This document shows, one piece after another, positions 46,106 to 55,021 of a DNA stretch of 64,000 bases. The notes beneath the pieces were generated by a model. That model searched no databases, was not told the DNA's origin, and worked only from the letters and a program-made list of their open reading frames with translations. Where the stretch lies: positions 1 through 64,000 of the IMG/VR virus record IMGVR_UViG_3300032224_000679, one strand, 5' to 3'. Each line of letters starts with the position of its first letter. Position 1 is the first letter of the stretch. This DNA comes from a virus. Both the position numbers and the translations under genes were made by a program.

Positions 46106-47478
46106 TAATTGTCTGCCTTAGGTGTTAGGGCCTTACTTAAACTCTGACGTGTTGGTAATGTTTGGCCTTCATGATTTGTATATGTACTTGTATCATTAAC
46201 AAAAATACTACGTTGAGTTTGATTATTTGGTCCGGGAGTAAGATCTGTTCTTACATTATCTTCTACTTTGATCCAACGTGTTCCGCTGTATCTAAATAAC
46301 CTATTAGGAACATAGTCTGTGCGTAATACATAATCTCCTATGGTAGGAGCCGCAGGGAATGAAGTTGCAACAGTAACAGGCCATCCGTCGGGAGTTTTGC
46401 CATCTCCTGCTAAGTACCCTGGTATATTTGAGTCTGGTGTAGTTGGTTGTGTTGCGTAGTCTACTGTGCTGTCAACATACAAGAAATCTGAATTTGATTG
46501 TTGTCCTGTTGGGTCTCCTGGACTGCCATCAGGGTTTAATGGTAAATTATACAATGGATTAATATCAGTACCACTTGCAGGAACATCTATCTGTGCTTGA
46601 GCAATAATAGCGTCGTTGATTTGATTTAGTTTACTCAATGTGCTGATTACCTGTCCAATAGGTGTTGCATTAGCATCGCCTGCTGATACAATGTTTAAAA
46701 TATCTTTGTATTCTTGACTGTCTACCAATGGTGTACATTTTACACGCCAAATGTGTGGCCACCAGGTTTGACTAAATCCTGAGCTTTCAAATGTAGCATC
46801 TTGTACAACATAATACCGTTTGAGTACAGCAGGGATATCTGCGTTTAACGGATAGTAATCTTTCTTATGCGGCAGCTCTAATACATCGCCACTCATAATT
46901 TTTCTACCCAATGCTGCCACAGTGTCAGTTAAATGAAATGAAATATAAATTGTATCGGCATTTAAGAAAATACCAAATTGTGTTAAGTCAAAGTCGTTGT
47001 CGTTGACAGTATAAATGCCGCGCAGATTATAAACGTCGCTGTCGTACTTGCGGTCTCTATTTTCTAAGAATAACAAGTCCTGAATATTCAACGCACTTTG
47101 ATTAGCATAGTTTGGTTTAGTTGCATCATTCCAATACACTGAAATGGGGTTACCTGATGAAATGGTAGTTGTAGCACCACTGGTCATCGTAACAGTATTT
47201 GCAGTTACATTGGTGCTGAATATAACAGTGTTGGCTGCAATGCCAATTCCGCTTAATGTTTGTCCAACTTCAAAAGAAGCCACATTGGAAAAATACAAAA
47301 CTCTTGAGTTAGCCGAAGTATTGCCAGTGGTAGTGTATGCAGTGGTTTGATTTGTGGTGCCAAGATATTTGTGAAGATTTACTCCCACTCCGCCCACAGT
47401 GAACTCTTCGGAAATTCTTTTATCAAAAAACTTGTAATCGTTACTGTGGTTTTCACGCCACATACTTAATCTTGGCAT
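46105..47478 (-). CDS. Neck / head-completion protein, T4 gp14-like
   Basis: IQDLLFLENRDRKYD, FDLTQFGIFL, GDVLELP, WRVKC; adjacent to the gp15-like gene. Confidence 0.75.
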   Translation of the reverse strand: MPRLSMWRENHSNDYKFFDKRISEEFTVGGVGVNLHKYLGTTNQTTAYTTTGNTSANSRVLYFSNVASFEVGQTLSGIGIAANTVIFSTNVTANTVTMTSGATTTISSGNPISVYWNDATKPNYANQSALNIQDLLFLENRDRKYDSDVYNLRGIYTVNDNDFDLTQFGIFLNADTIYISFHLTDTVAALGRKIMSGDVLELPHKKDYYPLNADIPAVLKRYYVVQDATFESSGFSQTWWPHIWRVKCTPLVDSQEYKDILNIVSAGDANATPIGQVISTLSKLNQINDAIIAQAQIDVPASGTDINPLYNLPLNPDGSPGDPTGQQSNSDFLYVDSTVDYATQPTTPDSNIPGYLAGDGKTPDGWPVTVATSFPAAPTIGDYVLRTDYVPNRLFRYSGTRWIKVEDNVRTDLTPGPNNQTQRSIFVNDTSTYTNHEGQTLPTRQSLSKALTPKADN

Positions 47479-47498
47479 ATCGGATCCTGCTAATAGTG

Positions 47499-47504
47499 TA
47501 TTTA
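47499..47504 (-). promoter_or_regulatory. Late promoter motif TAAATA (minus strand) for the gp14/gp15/NUDIX unit
   Basis: TATTTA on +; SD AGGA follows on the minus strand. Confidence 0.6.
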
Positions 47505-47509
47505 TGGGC

Positions 47510-47538
47510 TTGACAGGTATTCCATTTTATCGTATAAT
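47510..47538 (+). promoter_or_regulatory. Consensus sigma70 promoter
   Basis: TTGACA (47510-15), 17-bp spacer, TATAAT (47533-38). Confidence 0.9.
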
Positions 47539-47569
47539 ATACTTTTTACACAAAGTGCGGGGATCAAAC

Positions 47570-48733
47570 ATGGCTACAGTAGCAGGCGTTAAGATTAAAA
47601 CTAAAGTTGCTAAAGCAAGAGGCACAGCCTTTGCTGATGAAAAATACACAGGTGGCGAGCCCCAGTGGGACACTGAGCAAGCACTGACTATGGAGCAAAG
47701 CGAATTTGACCATAACCTGCGTAAAAGTTTTTATTATTACAACTATTACTATAGTCAAAAAGATACCAAAAAGTATGTAGTAGAATGGATGCAGAAAAAT
47801 GGCTATGCAAAACAGCAAGTCAGTGATTTTGTACGTAGTCCGGACCGCTCGTTAAGCATGACAGCATGTAGTTTGGTTATGGCACATAGAGCAGGGATGC
47901 CCATGCGTGAACGTGAACTGGAATTCCTTAAAACACAGATTGCTGAAGTGCTGGAGAAAAGCGAACCCGAAGTGGTCGAAGTGGTTGCAGATAAGCCCAA
48001 GGCTTACGTACCAACAATTCAGGATCGGTTAAATGAAAAAACCAGCGAGATTATTGGTGAGCTTGAAGGTGTGTTTGATGATGTCAGCACAGGCACTAAA
48101 AACCCCACAAAGTTGTATGACTTTTTGGTTGCTAACAACGTGGTACAAAGTCAACTCAGCAAGTATGAAACACTGTACACCAAACGCAAAGAAGAGTTGT
48201 TGGCCGCACAAGGCAAGGAAGATCCACAGCTCAAAGAAGGTTACAGCAATTTCAAAGCCGCAGACTTTAAGCGCATGATTGCTTGGATTGATGACTTACT
48301 TGCGGCAGTGGAACAATATCGTGGAGTTAAAAAAGCTACCAAAAAAGCCCGTGTTAAGAAAGCGCCCAGCAAAGAAAAGCTGATTGCTAGACTTAAATAC
48401 GCCAAAGAAAATAAAGAGCTTAAAATTGTAAGTATCAATCCTGCTGACATATTGGGCGCACAGGAACTGTGGATGTATAACGCAAAAACTCGCAAATTGG
48501 GCAAGTATGTTGCGGCTACATACAAAACACTGTCAGTCAAAGGTACAAGTATTGAAAACTTTGATACAGATAAAAGTGTATGCAAAACCCTGCGTAAACC
48601 CGAAGAGAAGCTCAAAGAGTTTGCCAAAGCAGGTAAAGTTCAATTACGGAAGTTTTTGGAAGATATTCGAGCTACAGAAACCAAGCTCAACGGAAGAATT
48701 AACGAAGATATTCTGCTATTGAAAGTTGCCTAA
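47570..48733 (+). CDS. Hypothetical protein, basic and helical, probably early-expressed
   Basis: True start most likely ATG 47570 (MATVAG), downstream of the sigma70 promoter and GGGGA; the track start at 47504 lies upstream of the promoter. Confidence 0.75.
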   Translation: MATVAGVKIKTKVAKARGTAFADEKYTGGEPQWDTEQALTMEQSEFDHNLRKSFYYYNYYYSQKDTKKYVVEWMQKNGYAKQQVSDFVRSPDRSLSMTACSLVMAHRAGMPMRERELEFLKTQIAEVLEKSEPEVVEVVADKPKAYVPTIQDRLNEKTSEIIGELEGVFDDVSTGTKNPTKLYDFLVANNVVQSQLSKYETLYTKRKEELLAAQGKEDPQLKEGYSNFKAADFKRMIAWIDDLLAAVEQYRGVKKATKKARVKKAPSKEKLIARLKYAKENKELKIVSINPADILGAQELWMYNAKTRKLGKYVAATYKTLSVKGTSIENFDTDKSVCKTLRKPEEKLKEFAKAGKVQLRKFLEDIRATETKLNGRINEDILLLKVA

Positions 48734-48737
48734 CATC

Positions 48738-48773
48738 TGTGTCCTGTTGGCTAAATATGGTTAACAGGACACA
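48738..48773 (+). promoter_or_regulatory. RBS-sequestering hairpin with late promoter TAAATA in its loop
   Basis: TGTGTCCTGTT (48738-48) / AACAGGACACA (48763-73); TAAATA at 48752-57; SD AGGA in the 3' arm. Confidence 0.75.
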
Positions 48774-48776
48774 TTT

Positions 48777-49940
48777 ATGACAACTGGTAATGTAGTAATA
48801 ACACCCGATTTACAAAATGACCTAAGCCTTCGTTCAAAGAGTTTAGGTGGCCCAGGCACAATTAGCACAGACAGTGCTATCGCCGCCAATGAACAAATAC
48901 AAACACTTAATCAACTACGCAACGATATGGTTGACTATATCAGACTGCGTTTAGGCGATCAAATTGTTGACGTTGAGTTAGATAAAGAGCATTACGAAAT
49001 GGCCATGAAACAGGCTTTGATCAAGTATCGTCAACGTGCGCCCAATGCATCTGAGGAAAGTTATGCGTTCTTAGACTTGTTGCCTGAAGTACAAGAGTAT
49101 ATATTGCCTAACTACATCACAGAAGTTCGACAAATATTCCGACGAGGTATTGGAAGTGTGTCGGGTACTACTGCTAGCCAGTTTGAACCGTTTGCGTCAG
49201 GTTATTTGAACACTTATATGTTGGTAGCAGGGCGGGTTGGCGGATTAACTAACTACGAACTGTTTGCACAATATCAAGAATTAGCCATGAAGATGTTTGG
49301 TGGTTACATGAACTTTACATGGAATCGTGTAACTAAGAAACTTACTATTGTGCGTAAGATTCCAAATTACGGGCATACATATTTTGCACTACATAGCCTA
49401 ACGTCTTCAGGCACAGCAGTAGGTAGTACAATAACAATTACCACAGCAACCCCTCAGGTCATGAGGACTGGCGACAGCATTTACATCGCTGATTGCGGGG
49501 TATCAGGATACAATACACAATATGTAGTTGACACTATAGACAACACAGGTACTGTGATAACTGTTATCTCATCACAAGTCTTAGGTGCAACATCAGTAAC
49601 GGGGTATCAACTAAGTCAAACACACGTTTGGAGTCCTCAAGTTGATGGAATGAATAATACTGAAAGTGTGCTACTTTGGATCTATAACTACAAGCCAGAT
49701 GTCATGCTATTGAGCGATCCTATGGTATTTCCATGGTTGCAGGATTATGCATTGGCGTTTTGTAAAACAATACTTGGACAAGCTCGCGGTAAGTTTGCTC
49801 AAATTGCTGGTCCACAAGGCGGCACACAGTTAAATGGTGCGGCACTGATGGCAGAAGGACAAGCCGAGATGGAAAAGCTCGAAGAAGATTTGAAGAACTA
49901 CGTAGACGGAAGTACTCCACTATATTGGGTAACAGGATAA
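48777..49940 (+). CDS. Neck protein, T4 gp13-like, with an inserted beta domain
   Basis: YIRLRLG..VDVEL, WLQDYALAFCKTILGQARGKF, GGTQLNG..L..EG..E..LEE.L. Confidence 0.88.
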   Translation: MTTGNVVITPDLQNDLSLRSKSLGGPGTISTDSAIAANEQIQTLNQLRNDMVDYIRLRLGDQIVDVELDKEHYEMAMKQALIKYRQRAPNASEESYAFLDLLPEVQEYILPNYITEVRQIFRRGIGSVSGTTASQFEPFASGYLNTYMLVAGRVGGLTNYELFAQYQELAMKMFGGYMNFTWNRVTKKLTIVRKIPNYGHTYFALHSLTSSGTAVGSTITITTATPQVMRTGDSIYIADCGVSGYNTQYVVDTIDNTGTVITVISSQVLGATSVTGYQLSQTHVWSPQVDGMNNTESVLLWIYNYKPDVMLLSDPMVFPWLQDYALAFCKTILGQARGKFAQIAGPQGGTQLNGAALMAEGQAEMEKLEEDLKNYVDGSTPLYWVTG

Positions 49941-49990
49941 TTGACTTTGTTTGTGTTTTATGTAAAAATGCTCCTAATGGGGCATTTTTT

Positions 49991-50611
49991 ATGATTATCG
50001 GAATTTCAGGATTTATTGGCAGCGGCAAAGACACAGCCGCAAACTACCTAGTGGGCTTTCATGGCTTTAGGCGTGACAGCTTTGCAGGCGCACTCAAAGA
50101 CGCAGTAGCCGCTGTATTTGGCTGGGATAGAGAACTGCTTGAAGGATTGACTCCCGAAGCACGACACTGGCGCGAACAAGTAGACCCATGGTGGGCAGAA
50201 CGTTTGAATATACCTGGATTGACTCCAAGGTGGGTATTGCAGTTCTGGGGCACAGAAGTTTGCCGCAAAGGATTCAACGATGACATCTGGATTGCCGCAC
50301 TTGAAAACCGCCTTCGTAGTCGTACAGGTCACACGGTAATTAGCGATGTGCGTTTCCCCAACGAAATTGCTAGTATTAAAAATGCCGGAGGCAAAATTAT
50401 ATGGGTGCAACGTGGTGTTATTCCTCACTGGTATGAGCTTGCTATTAAAGCCAATCGAGGTGATGCCAAAGCAGAGCAATGGTTAGTGGATAATAAGATT
50501 CATGTCAGCGAAACTGCTTGGGTCGGAACAGAATTTGATGTTATTATTGACAACAATAGATCCGTTGAGAATCTATACTCAGCACTTAAAAATCTGGTAC
50601 AAGAGGGCTAG
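49991..50611 (+). CDS. Deoxynucleoside monophosphate kinase, T4 gp1-like
   Basis: IIGISGFIGSGKDT, FAGALKD, TPRWVLQFWGTE, ISDVRFPNE, HVSE; start at ATG 49991. Confidence 0.93.
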   Translation: MIIGISGFIGSGKDTAANYLVGFHGFRRDSFAGALKDAVAAVFGWDRELLEGLTPEARHWREQVDPWWAERLNIPGLTPRWVLQFWGTEVCRKGFNDDIWIAALENRLRSRTGHTVISDVRFPNEIASIKNAGGKIIWVQRGVIPHWYELAIKANRGDAKAEQWLVDNKIHVSETAWVGTEFDVIIDNNRSVENLYSALKNLVQEG

Positions 50612-50936
50612 GCTTCCACGGCAACTTACTTGTTGCTACTTCCACTCTACAGTTAAGACAAACAGTCTTTAAATTAAACTGGCCAACATTCTTTAAGTTA
50701 CCATCTACATGATAAACAGTCATTTGTTTATCCACATATTTTGCATGCCACCCACATTTATCACATATATGTGACTTCCTGTAACCTGCTTTATACCAAG
50801 AAGGTACAGGTTTGTATTTCTTCCCTGCCCTAGCACAAACATCACAAACCTTGCGATAATAAACTTTTTCGCCTAGATAACGATTAATTGCTACAGGCCT
50901 ACTGTTACAAGTGGGACATAATGGTCTATCTTTCAT
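50586..50936 (-). CDS. Zinc-finger / HNH-like protein
   Basis: CPTC, CDVC, CDKC, HVDGNLKN...NLKTVCLNC; likely start ATG 50936, 4 nt after minus-strand TAAATA (50946-50941). Confidence 0.7.
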   Translation of the reverse strand: MKDRPLCPTCNSRPVAINRYLGEKVYYRKVCDVCARAGKKYKPVPSWYKAGYRKSHICDKCGWHAKYVDKQMTVYHVDGNLKNVGQFNLKTVCLNCRVEVATSKLPWKPSPLVPDF

Positions 50937-50997
50937 ATTGTATTTACTCAAACCTTAATTAAGGGCAACCAAACAGCCCATATTTTGTTTCATCCGA

Positions 50998-51003
50998 TAA
51001 ATA
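50998..51003 (+). promoter_or_regulatory. Late promoter motif TAAATA (tail sheath)
   Basis: Upstream of SD GAGG and ATG 51032. Confidence 0.65.
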
Positions 51004-51031
51004 TCTTTAACAGTTTAAGAGGAAATGAAAC

Positions 51032-54000
51032 ATGGCAATACTAGTTTCTCCAGGCGTATCAGTTACAGTCACAGATGAAAGTAATTATGCACCTAATCAA
51101 CTTGGTTCAGTAGCTTACATCCTAGTAGCAACTGCAACCAATAAAGTAGCACCAGGTGGAACTGCTTATGCAGCAGGCACACTACTTGAAAATGCAGGTA
51201 AAGTTTATAACATTACAAGTCAACGTGATCTTGTAACAACTTTTGGCACCCCAAGTTTTTATACCACATCCGGCGGAGCACCTATAAATGGTGACGAACG
51301 TAACGAATATGGTTTGATGGCAGCTTATAGCTTATTGGGCGTAAGCAACACAGTTTATGTACAACGTGCAAACGTTGACTTAGCAGCCTTGGGTGGTACA
51401 ACAAGTCGCCCATTGGCAAATCCAGCAAGTGGCGCATTTTGGTTAGACACAACAATGTCTGATTGGGGCATATATGAGTGGAGTTCAGCTAAACAAGATT
51501 TCACTTTAAAAACTCCAATTGTTATCATGGCTAATACAGATTTAGCCACAGACAACTTTACACCAAACACTGCCTTAGGATCAATCGGTAGCTATGCAGT
51601 TAACACATATTCTAATGCAAATCCTATATTCACTAAAGTATATGATAATTCATGGAAACTATTAGGCTCAACAGCTTGGCAAGCAGCACTTCCCGCTGTC
51701 ACAAGTTCGAATGCTAGTGCAAACATCCAAGCAACTGCTGGTATCATTATCAACACAACTAACGTTGTAGTGGGAATCGGCGCTAACTTAACTACAGTGG
51801 CAGGCAATATCAATGCTGCAAATATTACAGGTGTTACTTCTAGAGTAGCAAATAACTTGTTAATTATCAGTGTAACTGATCTTGCTAAAAGTGCCAATGT
51901 AACAGCAGACGGTCGTGCAAATATCAGCAACGGCGGTGCAGGCACAGCACTAACAACATTGGGTATTACAGCAGGTTCTTACACTGCACCTAATTTAAGT
52001 ATAGCACCTTATTATAGCGTACCAAGTTGGCAAGGCACAACTGCTGACGGTGCACTACGTCCAAGTGGTAGCGTATGGCAAAAAGCCAGTTCATTGGGCA
52101 TGGGATTAAATTCTGTTATTAAAAAATACGATAGCAGTTTAGGTGCATGGGCAACACAATCAGTTCCTGACTACTCGACTATATTTGCTGCTACATATGG
52201 ATTAGATCCAACAGGTGGCGGATTGAATATTACTCAAGGAACAATATACTCACAATACAATGCTTATGGTAACGTAACTGCTTCTGAAGTATTTTACTAC
52301 AGAAATTCAACAGGTGCCACAACTGTTACAGCTAATACAACAACCCCTGCAGCTCCTAGAGTTGGTGCAACATTTACCTTAACTACAAGAGCAAATGCAA
52401 GTTTAGGAACTACAACTAGCTATTCAGGTAATGTTACAACTGGTACTGTACAAGGATTTTTAAATGCTATTTCAGCATTGGGTGACCCAAATATTACAGC
52501 TAATTTAGATGCATCTGGTAGAGTTGTTATTACTCATGCGCTGGGTGGAGACATGATTGTTGCTGACGGTACAGGTACTCCTTTTGCTAACGTTGGTATT
52601 AACACTAATGCAACAAATGTTTATGCAAGTCCATATAGCGGAAGTGCAAACTTGTTACTAACTAACTGGAAACCTTTAGATAATGTTACATCTACTGGTT
52701 ACTATAGAAGCAGTACACAACCTTATGTTGAACCTGCTAACAACACATTGTGGTATTATAATACCCCAAGTCGTGCAGACATTATGATCAGTAATGGTAG
52801 TGCTTGGTTAGGTTATCAAAATCTAACTAACGATATTCGTGGTTATAATCTAAGTAACACTAACTCAACTGGTCCAATTCTATCAACCAGCACACCAACA
52901 TTGCAAGATGATGGTACACAATTGGTATATGGTGACTTATGGTTAAACACTGCTGACTTAGAAAATTATCCTAAGTTATACAGATGGCAACGTGTTAATG
53001 GTATTGATCAATGGGTATTGATCGATAATACAGACAACACAAGTCAAAACGGTATACTATTTGCAGATGCACGTTGGTCAACAGCAGGAAATGTAAATCC
53101 AGTAACTGGTACTATTCCTAGCATTGCAACATTGGCAGCAAGTAACTATGTTGATTTAGACGCTCCCGATCCAACACTATATCCACGTGGTATGTTATTG
53201 TTTAACACAAGAGCCAGCGGATACAATGTTAAAGAATATAAGAGTTCTTACTTTACTAGCTCTGCTTATCCAAATCAATCTTTACCAAGTAGAGCAGATA
53301 CATGGATCAGCGTTAGTGGATATCAAAGCAACGGTGTTGTTCCAAACTTTGGACGCAAAGCACAGCGCGGTGTTACATTGGCAGCACTAAGATCTGCTAT
53401 TGACAGTAGTACAGCATTGCGTGAAGATGCAAATCAATTTAACTTGATTGCATGTCCTGGATATCCTGAATTGATTCCTAATATGGTGTCATTGAATGAA
53501 GACCGTGATAACACAGCATTCATTGTTGGCGATACACCGCTGAGATTGGCCGCAACAGGTACAGCAATTCAAGCCTGGGCACAAAACAGTGTCAACACAC
53601 CAAGTACAGGCGAAGATGGATTGGCAACTGTTAATCCATATGTTGGTGTTTACTATCCAAGCGGACAAACAAATGACTTGGCTGGCAATCCTATTGCGGT
53701 TCCTCCAAGTCATGCAGTATTACGTTCTATTATTAAGAGCGATAATATAAGTTATCCATGGTTAGCTCCTGCAGGAACACGCAGAGGTTTAATTGATAAT
53801 GTTAATGCTATTGGATATGTTGACGGCACTTCCGGAGCGTTTGTAAGTGTTGGTATTACACAAGGTCTACGTGACGTAATGTACACAAACAAGATCAATC
53901 CGTTGACTAACTTACCAGGTGCAGGTCTTGTAATTTATGGTCAGAAAACACTAAGCTCTACTCCAAGCTCATTGGATCGAGTTAATGTTTCAAGACTTGT

Positions 54001-54328
54001 AAATTACTTACGTACACAAATGAACACATTGGCTCGTCCGTTTATATTTGAACCAAACGATCCAATTACTCGTAACAGCATTAAATCTGTTGTAAGTTCA
54101 TTGTTAAACGACTTAGTTGCCAAGCGTGGTGTAACAGACTACCTAGTAGTTTGTGACAGCACAAATAACACACCAGAGCGCATTGCAAGAAATGAACTTT
54201 GGGTAGATGTAGCAGTTCAACCAACTAAAGATGTTGAATTTATTTACATTCCGATTAGATTGAAAAATCCTGGCGAAATACAAGCAGGTAACCTAGCATC
54301 AGCTACAACAGTAGGAACAGGAGCATAA
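51032..54328 (+). CDS. Tail sheath protein, T4 gp18-like, enlarged (1098 aa)
   Basis: LVSPGVSVTVTDES, FGTP, PWLAPAGTRRG, YGQKT, LDRVNVSRL, FIFEPND, VVCDSTNNT, EFIYIPI. Confidence 0.95.
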   Translation: MAILVSPGVSVTVTDESNYAPNQLGSVAYILVATATNKVAPGGTAYAAGTLLENAGKVYNITSQRDLVTTFGTPSFYTTSGGAPINGDERNEYGLMAAYSLLGVSNTVYVQRANVDLAALGGTTSRPLANPASGAFWLDTTMSDWGIYEWSSAKQDFTLKTPIVIMANTDLATDNFTPNTALGSIGSYAVNTYSNANPIFTKVYDNSWKLLGSTAWQAALPAVTSSNASANIQATAGIIINTTNVVVGIGANLTTVAGNINAANITGVTSRVANNLLIISVTDLAKSANVTADGRANISNGGAGTALTTLGITAGSYTAPNLSIAPYYSVPSWQGTTADGALRPSGSVWQKASSLGMGLNSVIKKYDSSLGAWATQSVPDYSTIFAATYGLDPTGGGLNITQGTIYSQYNAYGNVTASEVFYYRNSTGATTVTANTTTPAAPRVGATFTLTTRANASLGTTTSYSGNVTTGTVQGFLNAISALGDPNITANLDASGRVVITHALGGDMIVADGTGTPFANVGINTNATNVYASPYSGSANLLLTNWKPLDNVTSTGYYRSSTQPYVEPANNTLWYYNTPSRADIMISNGSAWLGYQNLTNDIRGYNLSNTNSTGPILSTSTPTLQDDGTQLVYGDLWLNTADLENYPKLYRWQRVNGIDQWVLIDNTDNTSQNGILFADARWSTAGNVNPVTGTIPSIATLAASNYVDLDAPDPTLYPRGMLLFNTRASGYNVKEYKSSYFTSSAYPNQSLPSRADTWISVSGYQSNGVVPNFGRKAQRGVTLAALRSAIDSSTALREDANQFNLIACPGYPELIPNMVSLNEDRDNTAFIVGDTPLRLAATGTAIQAWAQNSVNTPSTGEDGLATVNPYVGVYYPSGQTNDLAGNPIAVPPSHAVLRSIIKSDNISYPWLAPAGTRRGLIDNVNAIGYVDGTSGAFVSVGITQGLRDVMYTNKINPLTNLPGAGLVIYGQKTLSSTPSSLDRVNVSRLVNYLRTQMNTLARPFIFEPNDPITRNSIKSVVSSLLNDLVAKRGVTDYLVVCDSTNNTPERIARNELWVDVAVQPTKDVEFIYIPIRLKNPGEIQAGNLASATTVGTGA

Positions 54329-54332
54329 TAAA

Positions 54333-54959
54333 ATGGCAGTTTCATCATTAACAAGATTTACCGTACCACTGGGCGGTAATCAAAGCGCAACAACTCAGGG
54401 CTTGCTTATGCCCAAGCTCAAGTTCCGTTTTAGAGGAACATTTGATAATCTGGGTATATCGACTCCTAAAACAGAACTTACTAAGCAGATCATGAGTTTT
54501 GCAAGACCACAGGTTGAGTTTACTCCAATTGAAATTCCTGTTTACAACAGTAGAGTTTATCTAGCAGGTCGTCCAGTATGGCAAGTTGTGCAAGTTGTTT
54601 TCAGAGATGACGCAGGCGGCAACGTCACTAGATTGATTGGTGAACAGTTGCAGAAGCAATTTGACTTTATGGAACAAGCCAGTGCAAGTTCTGGTATTGA
54701 CTATAAGTTTACCAGTACTATTGAAATGTTAGATGGTGCTAACGGTGCAACAGAACCTACAGTATTAGAAACATGGCAACTATATGGATGTTTCCTAACT
54801 AACGTTAACTACAACGACATGGACTACAATGTCAATGATCCTGCTACAATCACTTGTAGTCTCCGTATTGACAATGCTGTACAAATTGCCAGCGGCACAA
54901 GTCCAGGCGGTGTTGGGCTACCAGTCACACGTACTAACGGCGGTGTTGTAACTGGTTAA
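54333..54959 (+). CDS. Tail tube protein, T4 gp19-like
   Basis: PKLKFRFR, YLAGRPVW, LETWQLYGCFLTNVNY..DY; follows the sheath gene. Confidence 0.9.
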   Translation: MAVSSLTRFTVPLGGNQSATTQGLLMPKLKFRFRGTFDNLGISTPKTELTKQIMSFARPQVEFTPIEIPVYNSRVYLAGRPVWQVVQVVFRDDAGGNVTRLIGEQLQKQFDFMEQASASSGIDYKFTSTIEMLDGANGATEPTVLETWQLYGCFLTNVNYNDMDYNVNDPATITCSLRIDNAVQIASGTSPGGVGLPVTRTNGGVVTG

Positions 54960-54979
54960 TCTCATATTGATGAATAGGT

Positions 54980-55004
54980 AAACCCACTTTCGAGTGGGTT
55001 TTTT
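54980..55004 (+). terminator. Rho-independent terminator after the tail tube gene
   Basis: AAACCCACT-TTCG-AGTGGGTTT plus T tract. Confidence 0.9.
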
Positions 55005-55010
55005 ATTGAA

Positions 55011-55016
55011 TAAATA
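55011..55016 (+). promoter_or_regulatory. Late promoter motif TAAATA, 5 nt before ATG
   Basis: TAAATA-cttgt-ATG(55022). Confidence 0.65.
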
Positions 55017-55021
55017 CTTGT

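Noticed and set aside
49925-49990. Longer dNMP kinase start and a sigma70 promoter at TTGACT (49941)
   Set aside because: The kinase P-loop strand begins at ATG 49991, and the -10 match and spacing are poor. The hairpin AAAAATGCTCC-TAAT-GGGGCATTTTT may be a terminator, but its role is unclear
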